Counted from the first letter of the stretch, positions 1 through 10,058 are shown. The stretch: DNA of 64,000 bases from Candidatus Latescibacterota bacterium (GCA_965248265.1 CBDFJF010000002.1:96001-160000); one strand, 5' to 3'. Notes: generated from the letters alone by a model not told the origin. Program-made: numbers and translations.

Positions 1-2
1 CG

Positions 3-2018
3 GTGCGAGCCGCTCTCGACGGCAGTCGCGAGATCGGCATGGCCGTGATCGCGTCGACGCTGACGACGATGTGCGTCTTCATTCCGTTTTTCTTTCTCTC
101 CAGCGGTCGCATGGCGCAGTGGATGAGGGACGCGGGCTTGACCATTTGTCTGGCCGTGTTCGTGTCGATGGTCGTGTCACTGGCGCTCATCCCACTATCC
201 TCCTCACGCCTTCTGGACCGGAGTTTCGACCGTTACGACCGCTGGATTGGAGGGCTTCTCATCGCCGCCGCTGGAGCCGTTCTCAGCTGGAAGCTCTACG
301 GCATGGGCATAGCCCAGGCGCTGAAGGGTCTGTCTGTCTGGGGAGCGCGGGTGTCATCGGCCTTCACCGGCATGGAATGGAGGACGGCAACCGCACTCAT
401 CGCTGCCGCGGTCGTGATCGCCGTCCTCATCCGTCACATCCGGCGCTACGGGTTCAGGAAATCCTACGGCCGTTTGCTTGGCTGGACCCTGGCCCATCGT
501 TTCTGGGTCATGCTCCTTACCGCCGCCACGCTCGGCCTGGCCTACTATCTATCCGAGCAGATCGAGCAACAGGGCACGCCCTGGCAACCCGAGCGCCGTG
601 TCGATATTACCGTGGAAATAGAGCGCAGCTATGGACTGGATGAAGTACAGGCGATGTTCGAGCAGATGGAAGAGGCGCTGCTCAGTCAGCGGGATCGATT
701 CGATATCGAGTCGCTGTCGTCACGCTTCAGCCGTGGGAATGGGCGGCTGACTGCCCGGTTGGTGGATGCGGACGAAGGCAATCTGACGTCGATGGAAGCG
801 GGACGAAAGATCCGTGGCGTCCTGCCGTCGATCGTGGGTGTCAACTACAAACTCGGGCGTCAGCGCAGCTGGTCAGGTCCTCAGTTGGGTGTGGAAGTGC
901 AGTTGAAGGGTCTTGATGTGTCCGTACTGGAGGTATTGGCAGAGGAGATCAGCATCAGCTTATCACGGTTGCCCGGCGTCCAGGATGTCGACACCAGTCT
1001 GGAGGACGGCGACGAAGAGATCCGGGTGCAGGTCAACGGTGAGCAGGCCTTGAGTCACGGTCTGTCCACCCGCGACGTGGCCACGTCGATCGCGGCCGCG
1101 TTGGGCACCAGGCGTGCCTCGACGTTCAAGGCGGCCGATCGAGAGATCGATGTGGTTCTGCAGCTGGAAGAGGAGGATCGTGTCAGTCTCGAGCAGCTAA
1201 AGAACACGCCATTCCAGGGCCAGGGTGGCACCAAAGTACCCCTGGCAACGCTGGCCGATTTTCAGGTTCGCGAAGGGCCGAGGAGTCTGCAGCGCGAAGA
1301 TCGCCAGCACACCCTGACCGTATTCGCCAACACGGAAAGCCGTAAGCAGGCGATGCGGTTGATCCGGACCATCGAGGGCATGATGGAAGAGATTCCACTG
1401 CCGGCGGGATACACCTGGCAGATGGGCAGAGCCGCGCGTTGGATGCGGCAGGATGTACAGGAAGGCAACTTCACTTTGTTATTCGCGCTGCTGTTGATCT
1501 ACCTGATCATGGCGTCTCTGTTCGAGTCGCTCGTTCATCCCTTCACCATCATGCTTTCCATTCCGTTTTCCCTGATCGGGGTGTATCTCGGGTTGTACGC
1601 GCTGGATGTGCCATTGGACAACAATGGAGTTACCGGACTGTTGATTCTGTTCGGTATCGTCGTCAACAACGGCATCGTCCTGGTCGACCACATCAACCAA
1701 CACCGCCGACAAGGCATGTCCCGTGAGCTGGCGATAATCCAGGGCGGTCAGAATCGCCTCAGACCCATCGTCATGACGGCGGCGACGACGGTGCTGAACT
1801 TGATGCCCCTTGTGCTGCCTATGGTGTACGGCACCTCCGAAGGCTTTGCTCGTCGCTGGGGTCCGGTTGGCCTGGTTGTTTCCTGCGGGCTGGCCAGCTC
1901 AACTGTTTTGACGCTCATACTGGCACCCACGCTCTACTCTCTGATGGATGATCTGGCCGTGTGGATGCGGCGAGTCGCGAGCCGTAGCACACGCACGCAC
2001 ACCAACCACATGAATTGA
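3..2018 (+). CDS. RND efflux transporter permease (AcrB/AcrD/AcrF family), 5'-partial
   Basis: ASTLTT...PFFF TM region, periplasmic domain with GVQDV/DTS, FESLVHPFTIM, GIVVNNGIVLVD and RLRPIVMT motifs; followed by a TolC gene; runs off the window edge. Confidence 0.92.
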   Translation: MRAALDGSREIGMAVIASTLTTMCVFIPFFFLSSGRMAQWMRDAGLTICLAVFVSMVVSLALIPLSSSRLLDRSFDRYDRWIGGLLIAAAGAVLSWKLYGMGIAQALKGLSVWGARVSSAFTGMEWRTATALIAAAVVIAVLIRHIRRYGFRKSYGRLLGWTLAHRFWVMLLTAATLGLAYYLSEQIEQQGTPWQPERRVDITVEIERSYGLDEVQAMFEQMEEALLSQRDRFDIESLSSRFSRGNGRLTARLVDADEGNLTSMEAGRKIRGVLPSIVGVNYKLGRQRSWSGPQLGVEVQLKGLDVSVLEVLAEEISISLSRLPGVQDVDTSLEDGDEEIRVQVNGEQALSHGLSTRDVATSIAAALGTRRASTFKAADREIDVVLQLEEEDRVSLEQLKNTPFQGQGGTKVPLATLADFQVREGPRSLQREDRQHTLTVFANTESRKQAMRLIRTIEGMMEEIPLPAGYTWQMGRAARWMRQDVQEGNFTLLFALLLIYLIMASLFESLVHPFTIMLSIPFSLIGVYLGLYALDVPLDNNGVTGLLILFGIVVNNGIVLVDHINQHRRQGMSRELAIIQGGQNRLRPIVMTAATTVLNLMPLVLPMVYGTSEGFARRWGPVGLVVSCGLASSTVLTLILAPTLYSLMDDLAVWMRRVASRSTRTHTNHMN

Positions 2019-2025
2019 GGATGCC

Positions 2026-3411
2026 ATGTCGCGCCTCGGAGTCGTCCTATTCGCAGTTACTACCGGGTGGACGGTCATGCACCCATCACCGGTTTCATCA
2101 GAAACGCTGAGCCTGGCCGACTGCATCGAACGAGCCCTCGAACACAACACCCAGGTGCGCGTCTCCGAGGAAGGTGTGAGACGATCGCACGCTGAGGTGC
2201 GATCGGCGCGGGCTTCGCGGTTGCCGGCCTCCGCCACCGCGTTTGGCTTCAGCCGCTCGCGTACCGGGTCTTCGGTGCGGGTTCAGGAGAATCCCACGGG
2301 TGATGTGGATCCCGTGACTGGCCAGCGTATTCTGCGGGAGGAGGAGACGCTGATCCCCGGCATAGATCGCAATAGTTTTGCCCTCAGCACATCGATCAGC
2401 TACACGATTTTCGATGGCGGCAGCAGCCGTTTTACGCACAGAGCATCGAAACAAACTCTAGCGGGCGCGGAGATGGATCTGGAAGCAAGTCGCGCCGCGA
2501 TACGCTTTGCCGTCAAGGAGCGATACTTCGCGCTGCTGCGGGCCGGACATTTGCTCGAGGTGGACGAAGAGGCGTTGAGGCTGAGCGAAAAACGTCTGGA
2601 GGAAGTGAAGGCCAAGCTGGAGGTCGGCGTGGGCACCAGGAGTGATGTGCTGCGTCTGAGTGTGGCCTCGGACAACGCCCAGGCGGATTTGATTGAGGGC
2701 GAGCAGGCCGTCGTTCTGGCACAAGCCAATCTCAATCACATCATCGGTGACGTGATTGCCGCACCGATCGAGATTGTTCCGCACCAAGGGGCTGCACCGG
2801 AAGCAGAGCAGGCGCTGGGGCTGTCCACCGAGTTGATTGCGCGAGCCCTGCAGCGCAATCCGGAGGTACTGCAACAGCGTCATGCTGTTCAAGCTGCCGA
2901 GAGTGATCTGCGTTCGGCGCGCGGCGCTCACTACCCTCGCCTGACCAGCAATCTCTCCTACAGCCGCACCAATGAGACCTTCGATCGAGTGTACGGCGAA
3001 CTCGACAAGAACTACCGTCTCAACGGCGGCGTGTCGCTGACCCACGAGCTCTTCGACGGCGGCACCAGGAGGGCGCGTGTGGAGCGTTCGCAGGCAGCGC
3101 TGCAGATTGCACGTATGCAGCTGGACCAACGGAACCGGGACATCGAGCTGGCCGTGGAAACCGCCCATCTCAACGTCATCCGCTTGGCCAAGCTCTTGCG
3201 TCTGGCGGAGGGAACGGTGCAGCTGGCTCGAGAGGATCTACGACTCGCGGAAGAGCGCTACAACGTGGGCATGGGCAGGTTGCTCGAGGTGCTGGACGCC
3301 CAGGTCGGATTCACGCAGGCACGTAGCGATGAGGTGCGCATTCGCTATGATCTGACCATCGCTCTGGCGGACCTGGACAGGTTGACGGGAAGCGACCTCC
3401 AGAGTGATTGA
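2026..3411 (+). CDS. TolC-family outer membrane efflux protein
   Basis: Signal peptide, LSLADCIERALEHN start, two OEP repeats, ERYNVGMGRLLEVLDAQ end motif; 7 bp after the RND gene. Confidence 0.92.
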   Translation: MSRLGVVLFAVTTGWTVMHPSPVSSETLSLADCIERALEHNTQVRVSEEGVRRSHAEVRSARASRLPASATAFGFSRSRTGSSVRVQENPTGDVDPVTGQRILREEETLIPGIDRNSFALSTSISYTIFDGGSSRFTHRASKQTLAGAEMDLEASRAAIRFAVKERYFALLRAGHLLEVDEEALRLSEKRLEEVKAKLEVGVGTRSDVLRLSVASDNAQADLIEGEQAVVLAQANLNHIIGDVIAAPIEIVPHQGAAPEAEQALGLSTELIARALQRNPEVLQQRHAVQAAESDLRSARGAHYPRLTSNLSYSRTNETFDRVYGELDKNYRLNGGVSLTHELFDGGTRRARVERSQAALQIARMQLDQRNRDIELAVETAHLNVIRLAKLLRLAEGTVQLAREDLRLAEERYNVGMGRLLEVLDAQVGFTQARSDEVRIRYDLTIALADLDRLTGSDLQSD

Positions 3412-3417
3412 TGGATG

Positions 3418-3464
3418 AAAAAGAGGCCGAACGCGGGTCCCCCATCTACCCACACTCGGCCTCT
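3418..3464 (-). terminator. Rho-independent terminator for the 3517-4335 gene
   Basis: Minus strand stem AGAGGCCGAGTGTGGGT/ACCCGCGTTCGGCCTCT (G-U pairs allowed) followed by a T run. Confidence 0.7.
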
Positions 3465-3516
3465 CCGAGCTGGCTTGTGGCTTAAGGCTGGCCGCGCTGG
3501 TATCGGTACGTACCCG

Positions 3517-4335
3517 CTACATGTCGCTGGTATTCACGTCGACGAAGCGCACGGTGACCGAGCCGTCAGGCGATCCACCAATGGCCTGGATGTGATAGAC
3601 GGTGCCGGGTCCGCCGTCGAGCATCAAGGCGTCGAACGCCTCTTTCCCCATCGAAGTATCCCAGATCACGCTGCCATCCATCGCAACGATCTGGAAATCG
3701 ATGTGACCGCGGAGTGCCTCGATACCGAAACAGCCAGCACCGCGACCTTCCGGCAAGGTGATGGCGGCCATGTCAAAGCCTTCCATGTTGCAGATCGTGC
3801 GGAAGACGAGGTTACCATCTCGATCGCCGCAGGGAAAGCCCTCCTCCTGAGGATCCATTTCCTGCTCCTGAAGCTCAGCAGAGCATTCCGGCGGATGAGG
3901 AAGACCGGCCAACTCGGGATCCCCTTCGTGCAGTCCGCCCATCTCTTCGGGAGGCGGGCCTTCGCCCATAGGATCACCCATGTCCGGATCCATGTCCGGA
4001 TCCATGTCGGGATCCATCGCAGGGTCCATGTCGGGATCCATCATTTCTTCAGGAGGAGGCATGTGGAAGTGCCGTACCCAGGCCATGAAATCCTCCTTGT
4101 CGACGACACCGTCAGGGCCGGCCAGGACGTCGAAGAACATGTCCAAGCCCTCTTCGGGAGTCGTCGGCATCGGCGTACCCTCGGGAGGCTCCACGCCTTC
4201 AGGTGGGCCGAGTACGACTTCCGGCCCGTGAGGACCATCACCCTCCATCATCTCCGGTGGGGGATCTCCTTGCGCCATGGCTGGTACAGCCATGAAAGCC
4301 GTGATACAGGCGAGCATGCACAGTCTGACTAGCAT
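3517..4335 (-). CDS. Secreted acidic Met/Pro/Asp-rich hypothetical protein with EF-hand-like loop and DPDM repeats
   Basis: Sec signal peptide (…AVPAMA|QG), GGAG RBS, low-complexity N-half, beta-rich C-terminal domain, own terminator. Confidence 0.75.
   Translation of the reverse strand: MLVRLCMLACITAFMAVPAMAQGDPPPEMMEGDGPHGPEVVLGPPEGVEPPEGTPMPTTPEEGLDMFFDVLAGPDGVVDKEDFMAWVRHFHMPPPEEMMDPDMDPAMDPDMDPDMDPDMGDPMGEGPPPEEMGGLHEGDPELAGLPHPPECSAELQEQEMDPQEEGFPCGDRDGNLVFRTICNMEGFDMAAITLPEGRGAGCFGIEALRGHIDFQIVAMDGSVIWDTSMGKEAFDALMLDGGPGTVYHIQAIGGSPDGSVTVRFVDVNTSDM
3979..4042 (-). repeat. 12-bp tandem repeat (~5 copies) encoding (MDPD/A)n
   Basis: ggatccatgtc[c/g] units repeated in tandem. Confidence 0.85.
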
Positions 4336-4715
4336 ATCAACTCTCCGTTAATTGGTGCCAGCGCCTCTGGGGCGGACGACCTAGACAACCATACGTACTC
4401 AGTGCCCACAAACTGTGTGCAATATCACAGAGCGCCGGAACCGGTCCACGTGGCTGCATGAGCCTACATATATACGAAATCAGTCACCGGCAGGCCACGA
4501 TTTTTCGGGTGGCCTCAACAGCCGCCTGTGATGGTCCCCTGAATGGGCGGTAACTGTATATCACACAATGTAGTTACGGCAAGAGACTGGAATTGCTACG
4601 CCAACTCGGGACCCTTACATTGTAGCAAGTTCGGTGCGTTTCGTTTACGCCTGACGGCAACCTTGATAGCACCAGATCGGGTGAAATTTTCTTTCCTGTA
4701 ACTGGAGATTCAACC

Positions 4716-5975
4716 GTGGAAGCGCTAGGTGGGTCCATGTTCTCGGTCGCCGGGGCCGGAGAATCGCACGGGCCCGCAATCACGACGATCGTCTGTGGCT
4801 GTCCTCCGGGGTTGAAGCTGTCGCGAGAGCAGGTCCAGGCGTTTCTCGACCGACGCCGTCCCGGCAGCAACAAGCTGGGTACACCCAGGCGGGAGGCTGA
4901 CAAGGTGGTCTTCCTCTCGGGGCTTTTCACGGAAGATCATGAGGTCCTGCTTGCCGCCTCTCGCATCACGACAACGGTAGATGGGGTGGACTCGGAAGCG
5001 ACCACCTTTGAGCAGGGATACACCACTGGGGAACCAATCGCGGCCATCGTTCTATCCGCCGCCAAGCGTTCAACCGACTACGATCAGCTTGCAGGGCCTC
5101 AAGGCTCGGTGCGCCCGGGACATACTGACCTGGTCAAACATTACCAGTCGCGAGGATTCACGGATCCGCGGGGTGGGGGACGTTCCAGCTACCGCTCGAC
5201 GACCACTGACGTCATCGGTGGCTCGATCGCGCGTTTGTTCCTGGCGGAGCATTTCGACACCGCGTTCCTGTCCTCCATTTGCCGTGTGGGTCCTCTTGAA
5301 GCTTCGGTTTCCCTGGCCGATCACGTCGAACAGGTGTCGTTGCAGCAAGCGGTCGGCGAAGACCGCCGCGTCCCGCTGGCTGAAATCGAAAAGCTGCAGC
5401 AGCGACTGTCAGCAGGTGAGCTGCACACCATCGACGAGGCCTTTGAGAGCGAAGCCGCTGCCCTGATCAGCGAAACCCGCAAGCAAGGGGATTCCATTGG
5501 AGCCGCCATCGAAGTTGTCGGTGTCAACGTTCCGTCCCTCATCGGAGAGCCGTTGTATCAGAGCCTGAAGCTGCGACTGATGGGCACCTTGGGAGGGCTA
5601 CACGCCGTGCAATCGTGCGAGATGGGCTCCGGCCTGGATGTGGTGGCTCGCAAAGGCAGCGAGAACAACGATCCGATTCGCTCGAGTGGCTACAGCAGCA
5701 ATCATCACGGCGGTCTCATCGGCGGAATCACGACGGGGATGCCGATCGCTTTCCGTGTCGGGTTCAAGCCGACGTCGACGATCAAGTTGCCGCAGAAGTC
5801 GATTCGCAAGGATCTCGAGGAGATCGACTTCGAGATCAAGCGTGGACGCCACGATCCGTGTCTGGGTGTCCGCGCCGGCGTGACACTGGAGTCGCGCATG
5901 GCGATCGAGGTCATGGATGCCGTATTGAGCCACCAAGCGAAGCGAGTGAATCCGGATCACTTCAGTTTGTTCTGA
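4716..5975 (+). CDS. aroC: Chorismate synthase (divergent, with insertions)
   Basis: GESHG, RRRPG, RPGHTD, GGGRSS, GGITTG, FKPTST and GRHDPC motifs; GTG start with GGAG RBS. Confidence 0.92.
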   Translation: MEALGGSMFSVAGAGESHGPAITTIVCGCPPGLKLSREQVQAFLDRRRPGSNKLGTPRREADKVVFLSGLFTEDHEVLLAASRITTTVDGVDSEATTFEQGYTTGEPIAAIVLSAAKRSTDYDQLAGPQGSVRPGHTDLVKHYQSRGFTDPRGGGRSSYRSTTTDVIGGSIARLFLAEHFDTAFLSSICRVGPLEASVSLADHVEQVSLQQAVGEDRRVPLAEIEKLQQRLSAGELHTIDEAFESEAAALISETRKQGDSIGAAIEVVGVNVPSLIGEPLYQSLKLRLMGTLGGLHAVQSCEMGSGLDVVARKGSENNDPIRSSGYSSNHHGGLIGGITTGMPIAFRVGFKPTSTIKLPQKSIRKDLEEIDFEIKRGRHDPCLGVRAGVTLESRMAIEVMDAVLSHQAKRVNPDHFSLF

Positions 5976-6075
5976 ATCAATCACATGCACTTCAACCGGC
6001 CAGGTACACTAAGCTGAGCTTGAGAGTAGTGCTGCGTGTGCGCATGGGTGTGGACACAGCTACAGGTAGGTAGCC

Positions 6076-8799
6076 ATGGAATTGACTTTCGACGAGGTCG
6101 CCCGCTTGCCAATGCCGGGTGACAACGTCGCCATAGCTTCCCGTCGCCTCGAAGAGGGCACTCGAATTCGAAGGCAGGACTCCGTGTTCGAGCTCGATTT
6201 TGCCGTTCTGCACGGACATCGCTTCGCCATCGAAATGATCCCTGCCGGAGACACTCTACTCTCTTGGGAGTTGCCGTTCGGGGTTGCCACTCGTGACATC
6301 GCTCCGGGTCATTACGTTTGCAACGACGGCATGTTGGAAGCGTTGAGGGGTCGAAGCGGCCTCGGTTTCGCATTGCCGGACCAAGCCAATTTCGCCGACC
6401 GTATCCAGCCGTTGACGATGAACGAGGCCGATTTTCAGCCCGGGCAGCAGGTCGATCTCGTCGACGCGGCATCGGAGACTCTTTTCTTCGAAGGCCATGA
6501 TCGCGGCGCACGTGGCGTCGGCACGCGCAATTACATCGCCGTCCTCGGCACGTCCTCACGCACGGCCAGTTTTGCCCGCAATCTGGCAACTCGCCTGCAT
6601 GCGGAAACGGCTGGCAAGCATGCGACCGTCGACGGCATCGTTGCCCTGGCGCATACCGAGGGCGGCGCTCATACAACCCCCAACAATCGAGAGTTGCTGC
6701 TGCGCACACTGGCCGGATTCTGTGTTCATCCAAATGTCGGTGCGGTGCTGGCCGTCGACTACGGCACCGAAGAGGTGTCGAACCACCACCTGCAGCAGTA
6801 CATGCGGCAGCACGACTATCCGATCCAACAACTCCCACATGCTTATATGACCATAGACACTGCCCTCGGGGTTAGAGAGCGGGAGGCCGAAAGCCAGATC
6901 AGACAGTGGCTGGGGCAGATGGAGGGAGACACCCGCACGACCGTACCGGTAAGCAGGATGAAGCTCGCCCTCCAGTGCGGGGGGTCGGACGCGTTCTCAG
7001 GCATATCGGGCAACCCGCTGGCAGGGTGGGTGGCGCGTGAACTCATCCGCCACGGCGGCACCGCCAACCTGGCCGAGACCGACGAACTCATCGGCGCCGA
7101 GCCGTACGTCCTGGCCAACGTACGCGACTTCGAGACGGCGCAGCGATTCCTGGCCATGATCGAGCGCTTTCAGGAGCGCACCGGCCGTCACGGGGTATCC
7201 GCTGAGGGTAACCCATCGGGCGGCAACAAGCTTCGCGGACTCTACAACATCGTTCTCAAGTCAATCGGTGCGGCGCGCAAACGAGATCCAGCGATTCGGT
7301 TGGATGGCGCCATCGAGTACAGCGAGCCGATGGAGGAGCCCGGTTACTATTTCATGGACAGTCCGGGCAACGACCTGGAGAGCATCGCGGGCCAGGTGGC
7401 GTCCGGCTGCAACATGATTTTCTTCGTCACCGGCAACGGTTCGATCACCAACTTCCCGTTCGTGCCCACCATCAAGATCGTTACCACTTCAGAGCGCTTC
7501 GCTCTATTGGCCGACGACATGGACGTGAATGCTGGCGCTTATCAAGACGGCTGCGCTATGGACCAGCTGGGTGCCGAATTGATGGATCTGACGATCCGTG
7601 TCGCCTCGGGTAAGCGTTCGCAGGGCGAGCGCGCCGGGCACACGCAGCTGTCGATCTGGCGTAACTGGGAGCAGGAAGAGGGTTCTTCCAGTCTCGAGGA
7701 CCTGTCACACGCACCTGAACCGACGAATAGACCCATCGAAGTCCGCGTTGAGCCCGGGCCACCCATGCTTTTCGAGGCGATGAACACGGAGCGTGGTCCC
7801 GTTACCGACCAGATCGGGTTGGTCCTGCCGACCAGTCTCTGCTCCGGTCAGATCGCGCGCATGGTGACAGAGCGTCTCAACACCACCGGGTTGGGTAGCG
7901 ACCTGGGGTTGTCGCGTTTCGTCGCGCTCGTGCACACGGAGGGTTGCGGAGTGGGCATGGAGGGCAGGGATGTCGGCGTCGACACGCTCATGGGGTACCT
8001 GTTGCATCCGCTGGTCGGCAAGGGTCTACTGCTCGAACATGGCTGCGAAAAGACTCACAACGACTTTTTTCGTGAACGCCTCAACACGATGGGCACGGGG
8101 AGTGGGGGAGAGCGATTCGGCTGGGCCAGCGTTCAGATGGACGGTGGAATTGAACGCGCCATGGACAACGTGGAAGAGTGGTTCGCCAGCTGCAGGGATG
8201 GTTTCCGCGGGGTCGAGCGGGTAGAGGCAGGGATGGAGACGTTGCGATTGGGGATGACCAGCGATGGTCCGCTAACTGAGCCCGCCGCTTCTGCACTCGC
8301 ACGATTGTGCCAATGGATGGTCGCGGCCGGTGGAACCATCGTGGTGCCGTACAACGCCAGCCTCCTGCGACATCCCGTCTTCTGCGATCGGCTGTTTGAA
8401 GGCTCCCTGCCGGAGGCCAACCTGGCGCACGGCCAGTCCCCGGCGGCAAGCGGGTTTTACCTGATGGAGGTTCCCGTAGACCACTGGGTGGAGACGATGA
8501 CGGGATTGGGAGCGACGGGAGTTGAAATCATGCTCGCCCATGTCGGCGAACATCCGCTTCAGGGTCACCCCATGATTCCGTTGTTGCAGGTCGCGTCAGA
8601 AGCCGGTACAGTAACCGCGTACGGTAGCGACATCGACGCGGAAGTTGATTGCAGTGCGGGAATCGACGACGACGAGCGGGCGCACCAACTGCTGGCGCTT
8701 GTGATGGAAGTGGCCTCGCGAAAACGAGTACCGAGAGCGGTAGAGCAGCGCAACACAGACTTTCAATTGACGCGAGGCTTGCTCGGCGTGTCTCTGTAG
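6076..8799 (+). CDS. UxaA/GarD-family dehydratase (SAF domain plus duplicated catalytic module)
   Basis: GDNVAIA SAF start, GVGTRN, LQCGGSDAFSG, GNPSGGNKLRGL, FMDSPGND, FVTGNG; second degenerate copy in the C-terminal third. Confidence 0.85.
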   Translation: MELTFDEVARLPMPGDNVAIASRRLEEGTRIRRQDSVFELDFAVLHGHRFAIEMIPAGDTLLSWELPFGVATRDIAPGHYVCNDGMLEALRGRSGLGFALPDQANFADRIQPLTMNEADFQPGQQVDLVDAASETLFFEGHDRGARGVGTRNYIAVLGTSSRTASFARNLATRLHAETAGKHATVDGIVALAHTEGGAHTTPNNRELLLRTLAGFCVHPNVGAVLAVDYGTEEVSNHHLQQYMRQHDYPIQQLPHAYMTIDTALGVREREAESQIRQWLGQMEGDTRTTVPVSRMKLALQCGGSDAFSGISGNPLAGWVARELIRHGGTANLAETDELIGAEPYVLANVRDFETAQRFLAMIERFQERTGRHGVSAEGNPSGGNKLRGLYNIVLKSIGAARKRDPAIRLDGAIEYSEPMEEPGYYFMDSPGNDLESIAGQVASGCNMIFFVTGNGSITNFPFVPTIKIVTTSERFALLADDMDVNAGAYQDGCAMDQLGAELMDLTIRVASGKRSQGERAGHTQLSIWRNWEQEEGSSSLEDLSHAPEPTNRPIEVRVEPGPPMLFEAMNTERGPVTDQIGLVLPTSLCSGQIARMVTERLNTTGLGSDLGLSRFVALVHTEGCGVGMEGRDVGVDTLMGYLLHPLVGKGLLLEHGCEKTHNDFFRERLNTMGTGSGGERFGWASVQMDGGIERAMDNVEEWFASCRDGFRGVERVEAGMETLRLGMTSDGPLTEPAASALARLCQWMVAAGGTIVVPYNASLLRHPVFCDRLFEGSLPEANLAHGQSPAASGFYLMEVPVDHWVETMTGLGATGVEIMLAHVGEHPLQGHPMIPLLQVASEAGTVTAYGSDIDAEVDCSAGIDDDERAHQLLALVMEVASRKRVPRAVEQRNTDFQLTRGLLGVSL

Positions 8800-9935
8800 G
8801 GCGACTGCGGCTGCGGACCGCTGCGATAGCGGTTCGATTCAGGCAGCTGCTTGTCCATCAATTCAGTGAAATAATCGAACAGATGAAAGCTGTCGTGCGG
8901 TCCTGGTGAAGCTTCGGGATGGCACTGAATCGAGAAGATCGGCAGACTCCGATGCTGCATCCCCTCAATGCAGCCGTCGTTCAAGTTCATCCGCGTGACC
9001 TCGAGTGAATCCGGCAAGCTATCCGCAGCGATACCCCATCCGTGGTTCTCAGAGGTGATCAGGATCCGTTTTGTGGCCTGCTCTATGATCGGTTGATTTG
9101 CGCCGCGGTGACCGAACTTGAGATGAAAGATCTCAGCGCCTAACGCCAAGCCCAGAATCTCGTGGCCCAGACAGATGCCGAAGATCGGTTTTTCCGATTC
9201 CACCAACTTCCTCGTCGTTTCAACAGCGTAGCCAACAGCGCGCGGGTCGCCCGGACCGTTGGACAGGAAGATTCCATCAGGTCCCAGGGCCAGCGCATCG
9301 TCAGCGGACATCGTCGCCGGCACCACCGTGACACGGCATCCGGCTTCCACCAGTTTGCGGACGATGTTGCGCTTGATGCCAAAGTCGTAGGCCACGACGT
9401 GGAACCGAGGTCGCTCGGGAGTGCACTCGTATGAGCTGCTCGTCGTCACCTCACGGACCAGGTCAATCCCTTCCAGGCCGCTCCACTCGCGAGCGCGACT
9501 GACGAGCTCATCCGGGTCTAAACACTCCGTGGACATGGCCGCATTCATGACACCGTGGATCCGAACTCGGCGGGTCAGCTCACGGGTATCGATTCCCTCT
9601 ATGGCAAACACTTCATTCTCCACGAGATACTCTACCAGGCCTTGCGTCGACCGTCGATTGCTAGGACGACGACAGCACGTCCGCATGATGAACCCGCGTA
9701 CATGCGGTCGATCGGACTCGTCGTCTTCGGGATTGACGCCGTAGTTACCGATATGCGGATAGGTCATCGAGACGATCTGACCGGCGTACGACGGGTCGGT
9801 GAGGATCTCCTGGTAACCGGTCATGCTCGTGTTGAACACGAGTTCACCGAGTTGATCTCCGCCTACCGAGACGTTGCGTCCCTCGAAGATCGTGCCATCG
9901 GACAGTGCCACGAGTGCTGGTTGGCCCCAATTCAT
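8763..9935 (-). CDS. carA: Carbamoyl-phosphate synthase small subunit
   Basis: GELVFNTSMTGYQEILTDPSY, LSNGPGDP, GICLGH (catalytic Cys), HPEASPGP; 3' end overlaps the UxaA gene by 37 bp. Confidence 0.96.
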   Translation of the reverse strand: MNWGQPALVALSDGTIFEGRNVSVGGDQLGELVFNTSMTGYQEILTDPSYAGQIVSMTYPHIGNYGVNPEDDESDRPHVRGFIMRTCCRRPSNRRSTQGLVEYLVENEVFAIEGIDTRELTRRVRIHGVMNAAMSTECLDPDELVSRAREWSGLEGIDLVREVTTSSSYECTPERPRFHVVAYDFGIKRNIVRKLVEAGCRVTVVPATMSADDALALGPDGIFLSNGPGDPRAVGYAVETTRKLVESEKPIFGICLGHEILGLALGAEIFHLKFGHRGANQPIIEQATKRILITSENHGWGIAADSLPDSLEVTRMNLNDGCIEGMQHRSLPIFSIQCHPEASPGPHDSFHLFDYFTELMDKQLPESNRYRSGPQPQSPYRDTPSKPRVN

Positions 9936-10013
9936 GGTAACCAATATTAACGGTTACCGGAATCTGGGAAAGGGACTAGTGCCCTCCGTGCCAGGGCACT
10001 ATAGGAAGAAACC

Positions 10014-10058
10014 AAATAAAAAGGAGGAGGTCCCGAGGCTGGGACTTCCTCCTTTTTT
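10014..10058 (-). terminator. Intrinsic terminator after the SWIB gene (potentially bidirectional)
   Basis: Stem AGGAGGAAGTCCC/GGGACCTCCTCCT with A/T runs on both sides. Confidence 0.75.

Noticed and set aside
3415-4332. 305-aa plus-strand ORF with HVRIHVRIHVGI repeats
   Set aside because: Antisense shadow of the 3517-4335 gene, which has the signal peptide, RBS and terminator
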